Below, piece after piece: positions 31,167-32,000 of a stretch of 32,000 bases of DNA. Position numbers and translations under genes: made by a program. The DNA lies in the NCBI RefSeq assembly GCF_013365495.1, contig NZ_CP046580.1, positions 540,001 through 572,000 on the forward strand, written 5' to 3'. Position 1 is the stretch's first letter; every line of letters starts with the position of its first letter. The DNA comes from Candidatus Saccharimonadota bacterium. GTDB lineage: Bacteria; Pseudomonadota; Alphaproteobacteria; Rickettsiales; Anaplasmataceae. The notes below the pieces were generated by a model, which was given only the letters and a program-made list of their open reading frames with translations, did not search any database and had not been told where the DNA came from.

Positions 31167-32000
31167 TTATCTAATATATTTAGACTTAACACTAAACTGC
31201 GCTGCTACTAATTTTGCCAGCGGTACTCTGTAAGGTGAACATGAAACATAATCCACCCCTGATTTAATAAAAAATTCTATAGATTGCGGATCTGCACCAT
31301 GTTCTCCACATACACCAACCTTAATTTCTTTTCGCATTTTCTTACCTTTCTCAGTAGCTATTTTGATTAATTCTCCTACTCCTTCAATATCAAGCACTTT
31401 GAATGGATCATCTTTAAATATATTGTTTTCTTTATAAGAATCAAGAAAATTTACTGAATCATCCCTTGAAAGTCCCATGGTAGTTTGCGTTAAATCATTA
31501 GTACCAAAACTAAAAAACTCTGCATGCTGCGCTAATTTATCAGCAATCAATGCTGCCCGTGGTAACTCTATCATTGTTCCAATTGAATAAGCTTTATCTT
31601 TTTTACCTAGTAACATTTTAGTACATGATGCTGGAACCTGTGTCTCAATTTCAGCTAAAAGAATAGAAAATTCTTTTTTTATTAACTCACATATCAAAAT
31701 AAATTCTCTCTCATCCATAATAAAAGGAATCATAATTTCAGGCATAACTTTTACCTCTTTTTCTTCTCTTAGTTCATTTACAGCATTAAATATTGCCCTA
31801 ATTTGCATACTGTATATTTCAGGATGAGAAATAGCAAGTCTACAGCCTCGATGACCAAGCATCGGATTCTTTTCTGATAATTGTGTTATTTTATTTCTTA
31901 CTGCCTCAACAGGCTTATTCATTGATTTAGCAATTCTTTCTATAACAGATTGATCACTAGGCAAAAATTCATGTAGAGGTGGATCAAACAAACGTATAGT
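31167..32000 (-). CDS. ppdK: Pyruvate, phosphate dikinase, C-terminal PEP-utilizing TIM-barrel domain (5' part lies beyond the window)
   Basis: The frame stays open to position 32000 (TIR upstream of the track ORF, whose M is really a TTG-encoded Leu). Motifs present: LFDPPLHEFLP, GHRGCRL, IELPRAAL, FFSFGTNDLTQ and GVCGEHGADPQSIEFF. Confidence 0.92.
   Translation of the reverse strand, partial: TIRLFDPPLHEFLPSDQSVIERIAKSMNKPVEAVRNKITQLSEKNPMLGHRGCRLAISHPEIYSMQIRAIFNAVNELREEKEVKVMPEIMIPFIMDEREFILICELIKKEFSILLAEIETQVPASCTKMLLGKKDKAYSIGTMIELPRAALIADKLAQHAEFFSFGTNDLTQTTMGLSRDDSVNFLDSYKENNIFKDDPFKVLDIEGVGELIKIATEKGKKMRKEIKVGVCGEHGADPQSIEFFIKSGVDYVSCSPYRVPLAKLVAAQFSVKSKYIR

Noticed and set aside
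1-32000. CtrA boxes (TTAA-N7-TTAA), DnaA boxes (TTATCCACA) and an origin of replication in the long spacers.
   Set aside because: My scan by eye of the divergent promoter spacers found TTAA pairs only at wrong spacings (N1, N3, N5, N6, N10). The best DnaA-like match is ttatccctc (around 14234). None is convincing. A position-weight-matrix scan would be needed for a firm negative.
1-32000. A CRISPR array, IS elements, prophage, toxin-antitoxin or defence islands, or other structured ncRNAs (tmRNA, RNase P, SRP or 6S RNA).
   Set aside because: I saw no regularly spaced repeats, no transposase-, integrase- or phage-like ORFs, and no conserved ncRNA core motifs. The lone aaagtcc near 15931-15940 lacks the surrounding RNase P consensus. 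The spacers are too G/C-poor for these structured RNAs.

Overview
This is an AT-rich chromosomal segment (by eye well under 35% GC). Its gene content, protein sequences and layout look like an Anaplasmataceae genome, most like Ehrlichia; that organism call is inference only. I can support 20 protein-coding genes and one tRNA. The genes are: a partial HlyD-type T1SS membrane-fusion protein, fabG, a VirB2-type T4SS pilin, an M48/TPR protease, ribB, greA, atpA, atpH, ubiE, pheT, a PBP5-like DD-carboxypeptidase, dnaJ, cckA, hemF, typA, prfB, mgtE, pdhB, valS and a partial ppdK. The tRNA is tRNA-Arg(ACG). I see no CRISPR array, IS element, transposase, integrase, phage gene or recognisable defence or toxin cassette, and no convincing novel multi-gene system. 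The content is mostly housekeeping. The points worth a second look are: (1) an isolated virB2 pilin gene far from any other vir gene; (2) the prfB +1 frameshift cassette, which the ORF track truncates; (3) a strong sigma-32-type -35 element upstream of dnaJ; (4) a PheT whose N-terminal OB-fold tRNA-binding-type domain has lost its family motifs while the rest is well conserved; (5) an intact DD-carboxypeptidase in a lineage reported to have little or no peptidoglycan synthesis; (6) a bimodal intergenic layout. About 7.8 kb (~24%) is non-coding, with six spacers of 0.8-1.14 kb that lack ORFs and have strong local A/T strand skews, next to gene junctions of 2-10 bp or overlapping stop codons. 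The small repeats and palindromes in the spacers are reported at low interest because AT-only matches of this size are expected by chance.
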